The notes: generated by a model from the letters alone, not told the origin. A DNA stretch of 28,269 bases from Armatimonadota bacterium (GCA_034722055.1 JAYENL010000217.1:1-28269); one strand, 5' to 3'. Shown: positions 18,401-26,704, numbered from the stretch's first letter. Translations and numbers: made by a program.

Positions 18401-19469
18401 TCTCGCAGGCGCCGCGGACGGCAGCGTCATGGCGCTGGGCCCGGACCTGCTGGCGCAGTGGTCATGGCAGGCGCCGGCCGCGGTGACAGCACTGACCTCG
18501 GCCGACATCGACGGTGACGGGCAGGCTGAGGCCATCGTCGGGAGCGAGGATCACCTCATCTATGCCGTGGATGAGGGCCAGGCGCTATGGCAGTTCGAGG
18601 TGCGGGCGGGCGAGTACGGAGCCGGTCCCCAGGAGGCGAAGGAGCTGCTCAGCGCTGACCTTGACGGGGATGGCAGCCCCGAGATCGTCGCGGTGGGACC
18701 CTACGTCCAGGTCATCCGGAGCGATGGCAGCCTGTGGTGGGAGAACCCCTACGAGGATGAGTGGCGTGGTAGGCAGCGGGGGATGGCGCAGACCGCCTCG
18801 GTGTCGGACCTGAACGGAGACGGCATGCTGGAGGTGGTGGCATCCTTCTTCGACCCCTACTCGGGCACGCGCACCCTCAGCCACGATGGGGAGAACCTCA
18901 TGACCGGCGGCGCCGGCTTCGCCTACCTGCACGTCAACCACGGAGCCCCGGAGGCGAACGTCGCCCTATATCTGCAGGGGGACGGCGTGGAGGAGGTCGC
19001 GGTGGGCACGGACGGCGGCGTGTTCACGATGCGCTATGACACCGACCAGCGGTTCGCGGATAACGTCTTCCACTGCGGCTCGATCCTTGACCTGCTGGTC
19101 GGCCGCTCCGCCGAGCACGATCCGTTGCTCATCGCCACCACCGACGCGGCAGACGTGCGCGGGCTCTATCACCGCATGGAGGACACCGACTCCCCGCAGC
19201 GGCTGCGCCAGGCCTGGCGGCTGTACATGCGGGAGCCCATGACTGCCGCTCCGGCGGCCGACCTTGACGCCGATGACCTCACGGAGACGATCATCGGAAC
19301 CAAGCGCGGCAACGTGAGGGTCCTCAGCGCCGGGGGCGAGGTCGTTGCGAGGGCGGACCAGCACTCCGCGCCGGTCAGCGCGCTCGTGCCGCTGCCACAC
19401 TCGCAGGTGGCCGTGGCCCACGAGGATGGCACCATTGAGCTGCTGCGGATAGAGCTGGCCGGCCGGTAG
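15497..19469 (+). pseudogene. Second large secreted heparinase II/III-like + FG-GAP propeller protein, split by a frameshifting internal deletion at ~17967
   Basis: GAGGAG RBS, GTG start, signal peptide MKRLTAVTAVALITCAGAMG. Colinear with 8073..11963 (LYPRT, YPGxGGYVxRTxHDPF, DENH, NxLGLxTGFGD, FNKI..RE.W, VN...NxTDxGxxWLVDH) until SWRGVG...GLRLR. Continues in another frame (GSFEAG... to 19469) with propeller repeats. Confidence 0.8.
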
Positions 19470-19515
19470 CCCCACTGCATGACGGTATCTTCGCTGAGCC
19501 TGAGGAGGCGGCGCC

Positions 19516-20946
19516 GTGTACGCGGTGATCTACTTCGACACCGAGGACTACTTCTCGCCACCGGACTCCCCAGTGCATCGGCTGCCGGGGCAGATGGCAG
19601 AGATCATGACCAAACACGGTCTGCCGGGCTGCTTCCACATCCACGGCGAGAAGGCGCGCTTCATGGAGCGGCACGGGCAGAGGGACGTGATCGAGGCCAT
19701 TGGTAAGCATGACGTCAGCCTGCACTTCGATCGCGGCTCCGTTCATCCCACTACCGCGGAGGAGGTCTCGGGGCTGGGATGGTTTGAGGGCGTGGCCCGA
19801 GTGCTCTTCCGCGAGGTGCCGGGCTTCCAGGCGCTTGAGCGCATCTTCGGCAAGTGCAGCGCCATCACCCGGCACGGGGGCACCCTCGCCGCCCAGATCA
19901 TCTACGCCTGTGGGATGCTGGGCAAGCCCTACTTCCACACGCCCTTCCGCTTGCCGGGCCGGAACGTGGCGTGGTACTGCAACGCCCTTACCATCGGGGG
20001 CTATCAGGCCGGGTGGCACTTCGACACGCTCTATCGCGACACGCCGGCCTTCGAGCGGCAACTGGCCCGCGTGGACGGCTACCTCGCGGAGCGCGCAGAG
20101 TCCTACGACTACACCGCCATGTTCGGCTGCCATCCGGTCATCACGGTCATGAGACAGTTTCCGGATGCCCTCAATTTCAAGCACGGCGCCGCCCCTCCAC
20201 CATCGCAGTGGCAGGCGCCGGAGATGGTGGAGGGCGTCTCCATCGAGACGATCCTCCGCAACTTCGAGCGCCTGGTGGTGAAGCTGGTCAACCAGCCCAA
20301 CGTCGAGTGGACCACGGTGGCGGGGATCCACGACCTCTACGGGAGGCGCGCTGTGCGGGTGAGCGATAGTGTCCTGCTGCGCGGGGCCGAGGCGGCTCTC
20401 GAGGCCGGGGGCGCGACCTTCACCGACGAGCTCACCGCCGCCGAGCTGCTGTTCCTGCTCGCCGCGCGGGCGCTGGAGCGGGCGGACACCTACGAGGTGC
20501 CGCAGGTGATGGGGCCGCTGGAGGAGCCGTCGGCGGCGGTGGCGATGGCCCCCACCAAACTCCCCATCGAGCCCGTGGCGGAGGAGATCGTGGACACCTG
20601 CCGCGGCGGCGGCTATCTGCCCGCCCAGCTCAGCCTTGGGAATGCGTGTATCCGCCCCGAGCAGGCTCTGGTGCTGCTGGCAGCGCACGCGATGGAGCGC
20701 ACGCCGCCGCGTGTGCAGCAGCAGCGGCCCTACGCGGAGACGATACCCGGGGTCGCGGACGCGCTGGAGATCGTCCGGGGCTGCAAGCGCTGGCGGCCGC
20801 ACGGGCCGCAGTTCAACCTGCGCGGCATCACGGAGCCCTTCGTGCGGCAGTGCTGGACCGTGAAGCCGGCCTTCACCGAGGATGAGTACGGGCCGGGCGT
20901 CGAGCTGGGGCGACATGTCAACCCCATGTTTGACCGGCCGACCTGA
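19516..20946 (+). CDS. Polysaccharide-deacetylase (NodB/CE4-like) fold protein with a C-terminal extension
   Basis: GAGGAGG RBS + GTG. YFDTEDYF (metal-binding D-x-E-D), GCFHIHGEKA, HDVSLH and late GCHP motifs resemble CE4/NodB-like hydrolases. No signal peptide. Confidence 0.6.
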   Translation: MYAVIYFDTEDYFSPPDSPVHRLPGQMAEIMTKHGLPGCFHIHGEKARFMERHGQRDVIEAIGKHDVSLHFDRGSVHPTTAEEVSGLGWFEGVARVLFREVPGFQALERIFGKCSAITRHGGTLAAQIIYACGMLGKPYFHTPFRLPGRNVAWYCNALTIGGYQAGWHFDTLYRDTPAFERQLARVDGYLAERAESYDYTAMFGCHPVITVMRQFPDALNFKHGAAPPPSQWQAPEMVEGVSIETILRNFERLVVKLVNQPNVEWTTVAGIHDLYGRRAVRVSDSVLLRGAEAALEAGGATFTDELTAAELLFLLAARALERADTYEVPQVMGPLEEPSAAVAMAPTKLPIEPVAEEIVDTCRGGGYLPAQLSLGNACIRPEQALVLLAAHAMERTPPRVQQQRPYAETIPGVADALEIVRGCKRWRPHGPQFNLRGITEPFVRQCWTVKPAFTEDEYGPGVELGRHVNPMFDRPT

Positions 20947-20983
20947 TCGTCGGTGGCAACGCAACGACACTCGCTTCGTTTTC

Positions 20984-21064
20984 ACCATCCAGCGGTTCGT
21001 GGGGCACGGCGCGTGGGATGATGAGGCGATCCTTGGCAGGCACGCCCAGCTGGTGGCCGACAGC
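20984..21064 (+). mobile_element. Short IS701-family transposase remnant
   Basis: TIQRFVGHGAWDDEAILGRHAQLVADS resembles the IS701 N-terminal Q.F....W.D..V...H...VA segment. The downstream DDE region is missing. Confidence 0.6.
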
Positions 21065-21754
21065 GCGTCTGTCCATGTGACTGCCGATCGACAAAGGAGA
21101 GGGTGCCGGCCGGGCTGCCGGAGCCGTTTACGCAAGCCTTCGCTACTTGGCAGGCTCAACCTCGGGCCGGAGCCGCACCACCGTCACATCATCGAACCAC
21201 GCCTGCCCGACACCGCAGACGCCCACCCACAGGCGTCAGTGACCTTGGGTCGTACGTGGGGCGATCCGAGGATTTCCCCGCGGGGATGGATACCTCACGG
21301 GCCTCATCAAGAAACACCTTGAGCCGCAACATGCAGCCGCCCTGATCCGGCAGCAGTGCCCAGCTCATCAGAGACCAGATGCACGACCTGTCGGCGCTCG
21401 TCGGTATCCATCCGCTTCCGCCACCGTGGCACTGTGTATCGCGGCGAGGTCATCCGCGTCAAAACCGCTGCACCGTGAGCGTCGGCAAGCCTGGCAGTGA
21501 CAGGGTCCTGCACCGCCTCCCCTTCGAGCGAGTGCTGGGCGTGTGTGAGGAGTAGCTCCCGCCAGCCTCTCCGTTTCCGCAAGTCCCACTATTGGCTCAC
21601 TTAACGCAATCGCGTCGTCGCCGCAGCACGGCTTTGTTCGCCCGTCGGTGCTGAGGCGGTGAAGCGAAAGAGGTACATGCCCGGCACGTGCGCGCTGATT
21701 GTGAGGCAACTGTGATCCTTGCGCCAGCCGCCGTGAGGTAGACTGCGTGGTTGA

Positions 21755-21769
21755 TATCACTCAGTGATA
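21755..21769. promoter_or_regulatory. Perfect palindrome, candidate repressor operator upstream of the adenylase-desulfurase cassette
   Basis: TATCACT-C-AGTGATA, located 10 nt downstream of a TAGACT -10-like hexamer (21739-21744) and 52 nt upstream of ATG 21822. Confidence 0.5.
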
Positions 21770-21821
21770 CCTCATGGGCTGTGGTGCGTCGGCGCGACGG
21801 AGGGGGCGGGGCATTAGGGGA

Positions 21822-23288
21822 ATGGCGGCCGAGGCGGTGGCATCAGGTTGTGGGTTACGGGTGCGGCTCCTGGCCCACCTCTACGGTTGGCGGGAGTGCC
21901 GCTGGATGTCCGAGTTGGACTTCGCGGCCCGACACCGGATCGAGGCTGTCCAGGCCAGGAAGCTCCGGAGCCTCCTGGCTCACGCTGCCGCGGCAGTGCC
22001 ATACTACAGCGATATCTTCGCAGGTCTGGATATCGATCTCGACGGCTGTGACCCCCTGGCCGTCCTCCGGAAGCTGCCGGTACTTACGAAGGCCGACATC
22101 GAGGCCAACTTCCCGGACCGCATCCTCAGCGGGGGGCGGCGAGCAATCAGCGCCAGGCACGTGACCACGTCAGGGACCACCAGCGACGGCATCGAGGTCG
22201 TCTTGACGGTCGGCGCGCAGCACTGGCGGCACGCGCTGCAGCTATGGGCCGACGAGGTCGGCGGGGGCTGCGCGCCCGGCCGCCGCAGGCTCGAGATACC
22301 ACCTGACGCGTACTCCCGCGTCTGTGGTCATGGTGCCGAGAGGCCGGATGGCCTGGCGGCCGAGATGCGGTGGGCGGCGCGGCGCAGCTCGAGGCCGACG
22401 CGTGCGGTGGCAGATTCGCTGGCTCGTCGCATCCGCGAGGCGCTACGCACGTGTATCCTCAACGATACGACCCTTCCGCCGCTCCTGGGCCCGGAGGGCA
22501 CAGCGGCCACAGCCGAGTCCGTCCCTCACCATGTGGAGCTCATCAAGCGCGAGGAGCCCTATCTCCTCAGCGGCCTGCCTACGTACCTGCAGGAGATCGC
22601 TCGGCACCTTCAGCGAACCGGGCGGCGCCTGCAGGTTCCGGTCGTGCGACCGATCGGCAGCGTCTCCACCGCCCGGATGAAGCGTTTCATCGGGGAGAGC
22701 CTGGGTGCTGAGGTGTTTGAGACCTACGGCTCGAATGAGCTTGGCTGCGTGGCATCTGAGTGTGAGGCTCACAACGGGCTGCACGTTGCCACGAGCTGCT
22801 TTGTGGTCGAGGTGCTGCGCAACGGTCAACCGGCGCGACCCGGGGAGCTGGGACGGCTCGTCGTCACGTGCCTCGACAACTACGCCATGCCCCTGATCCG
22901 CTACGATATCGGCGACGTCGGCCGATGGTACGAGCCAGGCTGTGAGTGCGGCCGGAACACACCGCTGATCGAGTGCAGCGGCCGGCTCCAGGGGCTCATC
23001 GTCACATCCACCGGGGCGCCCGTCACTGAGGAGCAGGTCATGGACCTGGCCTACTTCGACCTGGGCCTGGAACACTTCCAGCTCGTCGAGCACAGGCCCG
23101 GAGAGTTCGATCTGATGGTCGTCTCCGCGCCTGAAGGACCCGCAGACCTGCAGACCGTACGGGCGGCCTTCGCCCGAGTGCTCGACGAGCCCAAGCAGCT
23201 CGAGGTCTTCCCGGTGGAGACCATCTACCCGGAGGCGACAGGCAAGTTCAGGTTCGTCAAGTCGGCGTCCCACGAAAGATTCGGGTAA
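21822..23288 (+). CDS. Phenylacetate-CoA ligase/CapK/F390-synthetase-like adenylate-forming enzyme (paralogue 1)
   Basis: KLRSLLAHA...VPYY, LPVLTKADI, TTSGTT P-loop, YGSNE, ECEAHNGLH, MPLIRYDIGD, CECGR, C-terminal TGKFRFV. AGGGG RBS before ATG 21822. Confidence 0.85.
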   Translation: MAAEAVASGCGLRVRLLAHLYGWRECRWMSELDFAARHRIEAVQARKLRSLLAHAAAAVPYYSDIFAGLDIDLDGCDPLAVLRKLPVLTKADIEANFPDRILSGGRRAISARHVTTSGTTSDGIEVVLTVGAQHWRHALQLWADEVGGGCAPGRRRLEIPPDAYSRVCGHGAERPDGLAAEMRWAARRSSRPTRAVADSLARRIREALRTCILNDTTLPPLLGPEGTAATAESVPHHVELIKREEPYLLSGLPTYLQEIARHLQRTGRRLQVPVVRPIGSVSTARMKRFIGESLGAEVFETYGSNELGCVASECEAHNGLHVATSCFVVEVLRNGQPARPGELGRLVVTCLDNYAMPLIRYDIGDVGRWYEPGCECGRNTPLIECSGRLQGLIVTSTGAPVTEEQVMDLAYFDLGLEHFQLVEHRPGEFDLMVVSAPEGPADLQTVRAAFARVLDEPKQLEVFPVETIYPEATGKFRFVKSASHERFG

Positions 23289-23340
23289 GCGCCGCGACCA
23301 CCCCACCTGCCGAATCTGCCACATGCAGGAGATGGGCCAG

Positions 23341-24882
23341 ATGACAGTGGTTGATACTCCCAGGCCGGCGCGCGAACAGCCTGGCGTGCACAGCCCCGAG
23401 ATGCCGCGCCGCGAAGCTCCGGCCCGAGTGGGGCGGACCTCGCTCAAGAACCGTATCCTGCGCGCCGCGGGGTACGCGTGCGCTGCCCCCAGACTCCGGG
23501 GTCTCCTGGCGGCTGACTTCCTGCCGCAGTCTGAGCTGATGCGGGTGCAGGAGCGCAAGCTTGGGCGCCTGCTGCGGCATGCCGGCGGCACCGTCCCCTT
23601 CTACGCTGACATGCTCGGGGAGGTCCAGACCCGTCCGGGCGATCACAGCCCGTTCGAGGTGCTCCGGCAGATGCCGCTGCTGACCAAGCGAGAGATCGCC
23701 GCAAACTTCCCCGACCGCATCCTCAGCGGCGGCAGGCGCGCCCTCGCTTCACAGCACCTCTACTCCAGCGGTACCACCGCTGACCGCGTTCACGTCGTCG
23801 TGGGGCGGTCGGGGCAGCTCTCACGCCTGGCGCTTGTGCTGTGGCGCCAGCCCGTCGGAGGTGGCTGTCCAATCGGGACGCGGCGGGCCGAGATCCCGCC
23901 TGACGCCTGCTCTCGCATCTGTGGCGCGGATCGTGACCGGCCGCCGAGCTTTGCGGAGGAGGTGCGGTGGCTGGCCGGCCAGGGCCAGGGACTGGTCAGA
24001 GCAACGCTGCGTACGGCGGATCGGCGCCTGCGATCGGCCATCCGCCACGGCCTCATCTATGACGAGACGCTCCCCCCGTTCGGGCCGGACGGCACGGCAA
24101 TCTCCCATGAGAGTCTCCAACGCTACCTGGACGCCATCCAGCGCGCACGCCCGCACCTGCTCACCGGCCTGCCGACATACCTGCACCAGCTCGCCCGCTT
24201 CATCCGCCGGTCGGGCCAGCACCTGCATGTGCCCGTGGTGCATCCCATGGGGGCGCTGAGCACGGAGCACCAGAGACAGCTCATGGCGGACGCCTTCGGG
24301 GCCCGGGTGTACGACACATACGGCTCCAGTGAGCTGGGGACGTTCTCAGCCCAGTGTGAGGAGCGAGGACACCTTCACGTAGCCATGAGCTCGTACATCG
24401 TCGAGGTGATACGGGACGGAGAGCCGGCCGGCGAGGGTGAGCTGGGGCACATCGCCGTCACGGCCCTCGACAGCTACAACATGCCCCTGATCCGATATCT
24501 TCTCGGCGACGTCGGCCGATGGTACGAGGCAGGCTGCGGGTGCGGCCGGACCACGAAACTGATCGCGTGCAACGGCCGGCTCCAGGGCCTGGTCGTGACC
24601 GCCACGGGGAAGCTCGTCACCGAGGAGGATGTCATGGACCTGGCGCACTCGCAGCTCGGCCTGGAGCACGTCCAGCTCGTCGAACACAGGCCCGGGGAGT
24701 TCGATCTGATGGTCGTCCCCCCGCCGGGACGGCCCGTGGGCCTGCAGGCGATCCGCACGGCCTTCTCCGGATTGCTCGATAGGCCCAAGCGGCTCGAGGT
24801 CTTCCCCGTGGAGACGATCTACCCTGAGCCGACCGGCAAGTTTCGCTTCGTCAAGTCTGCGTCCTATGAACGCTTTCAGTAG
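23341..24882 (+). CDS. Phenylacetate-CoA ligase/CapK/F390-synthetase-like adenylate-forming enzyme (paralogue 2)
   Basis: VPFY, MPLLTKREI, SSGTT, YGSSE, MPLIRYLLGD, CGCGR, TGKFRFV. AGGAG RBS 9 nt before ATG 23341 (alternative start 23323). Confidence 0.85.
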   Translation: MTVVDTPRPAREQPGVHSPEMPRREAPARVGRTSLKNRILRAAGYACAAPRLRGLLAADFLPQSELMRVQERKLGRLLRHAGGTVPFYADMLGEVQTRPGDHSPFEVLRQMPLLTKREIAANFPDRILSGGRRALASQHLYSSGTTADRVHVVVGRSGQLSRLALVLWRQPVGGGCPIGTRRAEIPPDACSRICGADRDRPPSFAEEVRWLAGQGQGLVRATLRTADRRLRSAIRHGLIYDETLPPFGPDGTAISHESLQRYLDAIQRARPHLLTGLPTYLHQLARFIRRSGQHLHVPVVHPMGALSTEHQRQLMADAFGARVYDTYGSSELGTFSAQCEERGHLHVAMSSYIVEVIRDGEPAGEGELGHIAVTALDSYNMPLIRYLLGDVGRWYEAGCGCGRTTKLIACNGRLQGLVVTATGKLVTEEDVMDLAHSQLGLEHVQLVEHRPGEFDLMVVPPPGRPVGLQAIRTAFSGLLDRPKRLEVFPVETIYPEPTGKFRFVKSASYERFQ

Positions 24883-24925
24883 CGGCCTGGCACCCGCTCG
24901 GCGGGCCAACGAAAGGGATACTGCC

Positions 24926-26122
24926 ATGAGCTACGACGTCCATCGCCGCCGGGAGGACTTCCCGATCCTCAAGCGGCGTCTGAACGGTCGCCCCCTGGTG
25001 TACATGGACAATGCGGCAACGTCCCTCAAGCCCCGCTGTGTGATCGACGCCGTGCGCAGCTTCTACGAGCATCACTGCGCCAACATCCACCGCGGCGTCC
25101 ACCAGCTCTCGCAGGAGGCATCCGAGCTCTACGAGGACGCCCGCTATACGGTGGCCCGCTTCATCGGGGCCATGGAGCGCGAGATCATCTTCGTCAGGAA
25201 CGCCTCAGAGGCGCTCAATCTCGTCGCTCACAGCCTCCCGATCGAGCGAGCGGTTATCACGACACTCGCCGAGCATCACTCCAACCTGCTGGCCTGGAAC
25301 ACGTCCTCGCAGGTCTTGAAGGTTCCAGTCTCGGACCAGGGCATTCTGGACCTGGAGGCGCTGGAGAAGCTGCTGAGGGAGAACGATGTGGGGCTGGTCA
25401 CCGCCACGCACGTCAGCAACGGCCTCGGGGTCATCAACCCCGTGGGCGAGATCGGAAGGCTGGCCCACGAGCACGGGGCCTGCTTCCTGGTGGACGGGTC
25501 GCAGTCAGTGCCCCACCTGCCGGTCAGGGTCTCTGAGCTGGGATGCGACTTTCTGGTGTTCAGCGGTCACAAGATGCTGGGCCCCTCCGGCATCGGGGTT
25601 CTGTTCGGCAGGGCTCCACTGCTTGAACGGATGTCGCCCTTCCTGATGGGCGGGGACATGATCGACGAGGTGCACGCTGACAGCTACACGCTGGCGAATG
25701 TGCCGTGGAAGTTCGAGGCCGGCACTCCGAACATCGAGGGCGCCATCGGCCTGGGTGCGGCCGTGAAGTACCTGCGGGAAATCGGCATGGAGAACGTTCG
25801 GGCGCATGAGAGGCAGCTCACCGGGGCCGCCCTGGAGGGCCTACGGGAGATCAAGGGCATCCGCCTCCTGGGGCCTCATGACCCCGAGATCAAAGGCGGG
25901 GTGATGACCGTCACGCGGCCCGGCATGCCCGCTCACACGCTGGCCAAGCTGCTCAACGACCGCTACTCCATCCTGGTGCGCTCCGGCTATCACTGTGCGC
26001 AGCCGCTCTTCGAATGGCTCGGCTCCGGCCAGACCTGCCGAGCGTCCCTGTACCTCTACAACACCCAGGAGGAGGTCAGCCAGCTCGTCGAGGCCCTGGA
26101 TGTCATCAGCCGGACGGTCTGA
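24926..26122 (+). CDS. sufS: Cysteine desulfurase, group II (SufS/CsdA-like), PLP-dependent
   Basis: RREDFPIL, YMDNAATSLKP, ANIHRGVH, EHHSN, DGSQSVPH, FSGHKMLGPSGIG (PLP Lys), FEAGTPNI, RSGYHCAQP (catalytic Cys), RASLYLYNT. 398 aa from ATG 24926. Confidence 0.9.
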   Translation: MSYDVHRRREDFPILKRRLNGRPLVYMDNAATSLKPRCVIDAVRSFYEHHCANIHRGVHQLSQEASELYEDARYTVARFIGAMEREIIFVRNASEALNLVAHSLPIERAVITTLAEHHSNLLAWNTSSQVLKVPVSDQGILDLEALEKLLRENDVGLVTATHVSNGLGVINPVGEIGRLAHEHGACFLVDGSQSVPHLPVRVSELGCDFLVFSGHKMLGPSGIGVLFGRAPLLERMSPFLMGGDMIDEVHADSYTLANVPWKFEAGTPNIEGAIGLGAAVKYLREIGMENVRAHERQLTGAALEGLREIKGIRLLGPHDPEIKGGVMTVTRPGMPAHTLAKLLNDRYSILVRSGYHCAQPLFEWLGSGQTCRASLYLYNTQEEVSQLVEALDVISRTV

Positions 26123-26267
26123 CCCACCCGGCATGCAGGTTGACCGGCTCGGCGAACCGAAGGACCGGATGTCACATGCTGGCCCGACCGCACCAACGGC
26201 GTGTTGAGGCCCCGAGTTCTCCGTCGCTGGCCATAGCGAGCAGGGATGCGTCTGGAGGCCCGCTGCC

Positions 26268-26675
26268 GTGAACGTGCTCAAGGACGAGGCCAATGTCGCC
26301 GCCATCCGCGAGGAGCTGGGGCTCACCCAGTTGGAGCTGGCCGACCTTCTGGGCGTCTCGCCACGCACGGTGCAGAGCTGTGAGCAGGGGTGGCGCCAGC
26401 CCAGCGCCGCGCTGGAGAAGGCGCTGTTGCTGCACCTGATGATCAGCCGCCGCGGGGCCGCTCTGAGCGAGACGCCGTGCTGGGAGCACATCGAGTGCTC
26501 TAAGGAGGCGCGGGAGCGGTGCCCAGTGTATCGATCGCGCCAGGGCCCCCTGTGCTGGATGCTCACGGGCAACATATGCTGCTCCCGAGCGGAGCGAGTC
26601 GAGGACTGGGAGGAGAAGAAGGCCATCTGCCGGGAGTGCTCGTTCTTCCAGAGGCTGCTCGCACCGGATGGCTGA
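26268..26675 (+). CDS. XRE/Cro-type HTH regulator with a C-terminal Cys-rich 'two-CW'-like metal-binding domain
   Basis: IREELGLTQLELADLLGVSPRTVQSCEQGWRQPS HTH. CWEHIEC...RERCPVY...LCWMLTGNICC...ICRECSFF. GGAGG RBS + GTG. Confidence 0.85.
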   Translation: MNVLKDEANVAAIREELGLTQLELADLLGVSPRTVQSCEQGWRQPSAALEKALLLHLMISRRGAALSETPCWEHIECSKEARERCPVYRSRQGPLCWMLTGNICCSRAERVEDWEEKKAICRECSFFQRLLAPDG

Positions 26676-26682
26676 TGCGCTG

Positions 26683-26703
26683 CCGCCCGCGGGGGCTGGG
26701 CGG
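26683..26703. terminator. Short hairpin between the convergent regulator and mtaB genes
   Basis: CCGCCC(26683-26688)...GGGCGG(26698-26703) in a 29-nt gap between two stops. Confidence 0.3.
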
Positions 26704-26704
26704 A

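Noticed and set aside
21273..21292. TTTCCCCGCGGGGATGGA resembles a type I-E CRISPR repeat with its loop deleted
   Set aside because: Single degenerate copy, with no spacers, second repeat or cas genes. A CCCCGCGGGG palindrome is likely by chance in GC-rich DNA.
21677..21715. 12-codon ORF MPGTCALIVRQL with a GAGG RBS, as a possible precursor or sulfur-carrier peptide for the adenylase cassette
   Set aside because: Too short to support, no C-terminal Gly-Gly or leader features, and it lies upstream of the putative promoter.
24880..24906. TAG followed by a hairpin at the end of adenylase 2 as pyrrolysine readthrough
   Set aside because: The stop aligns exactly with the TAA stop of paralogue 1, sufS is in a different frame with its own RBS, and no pyl genes are visible.
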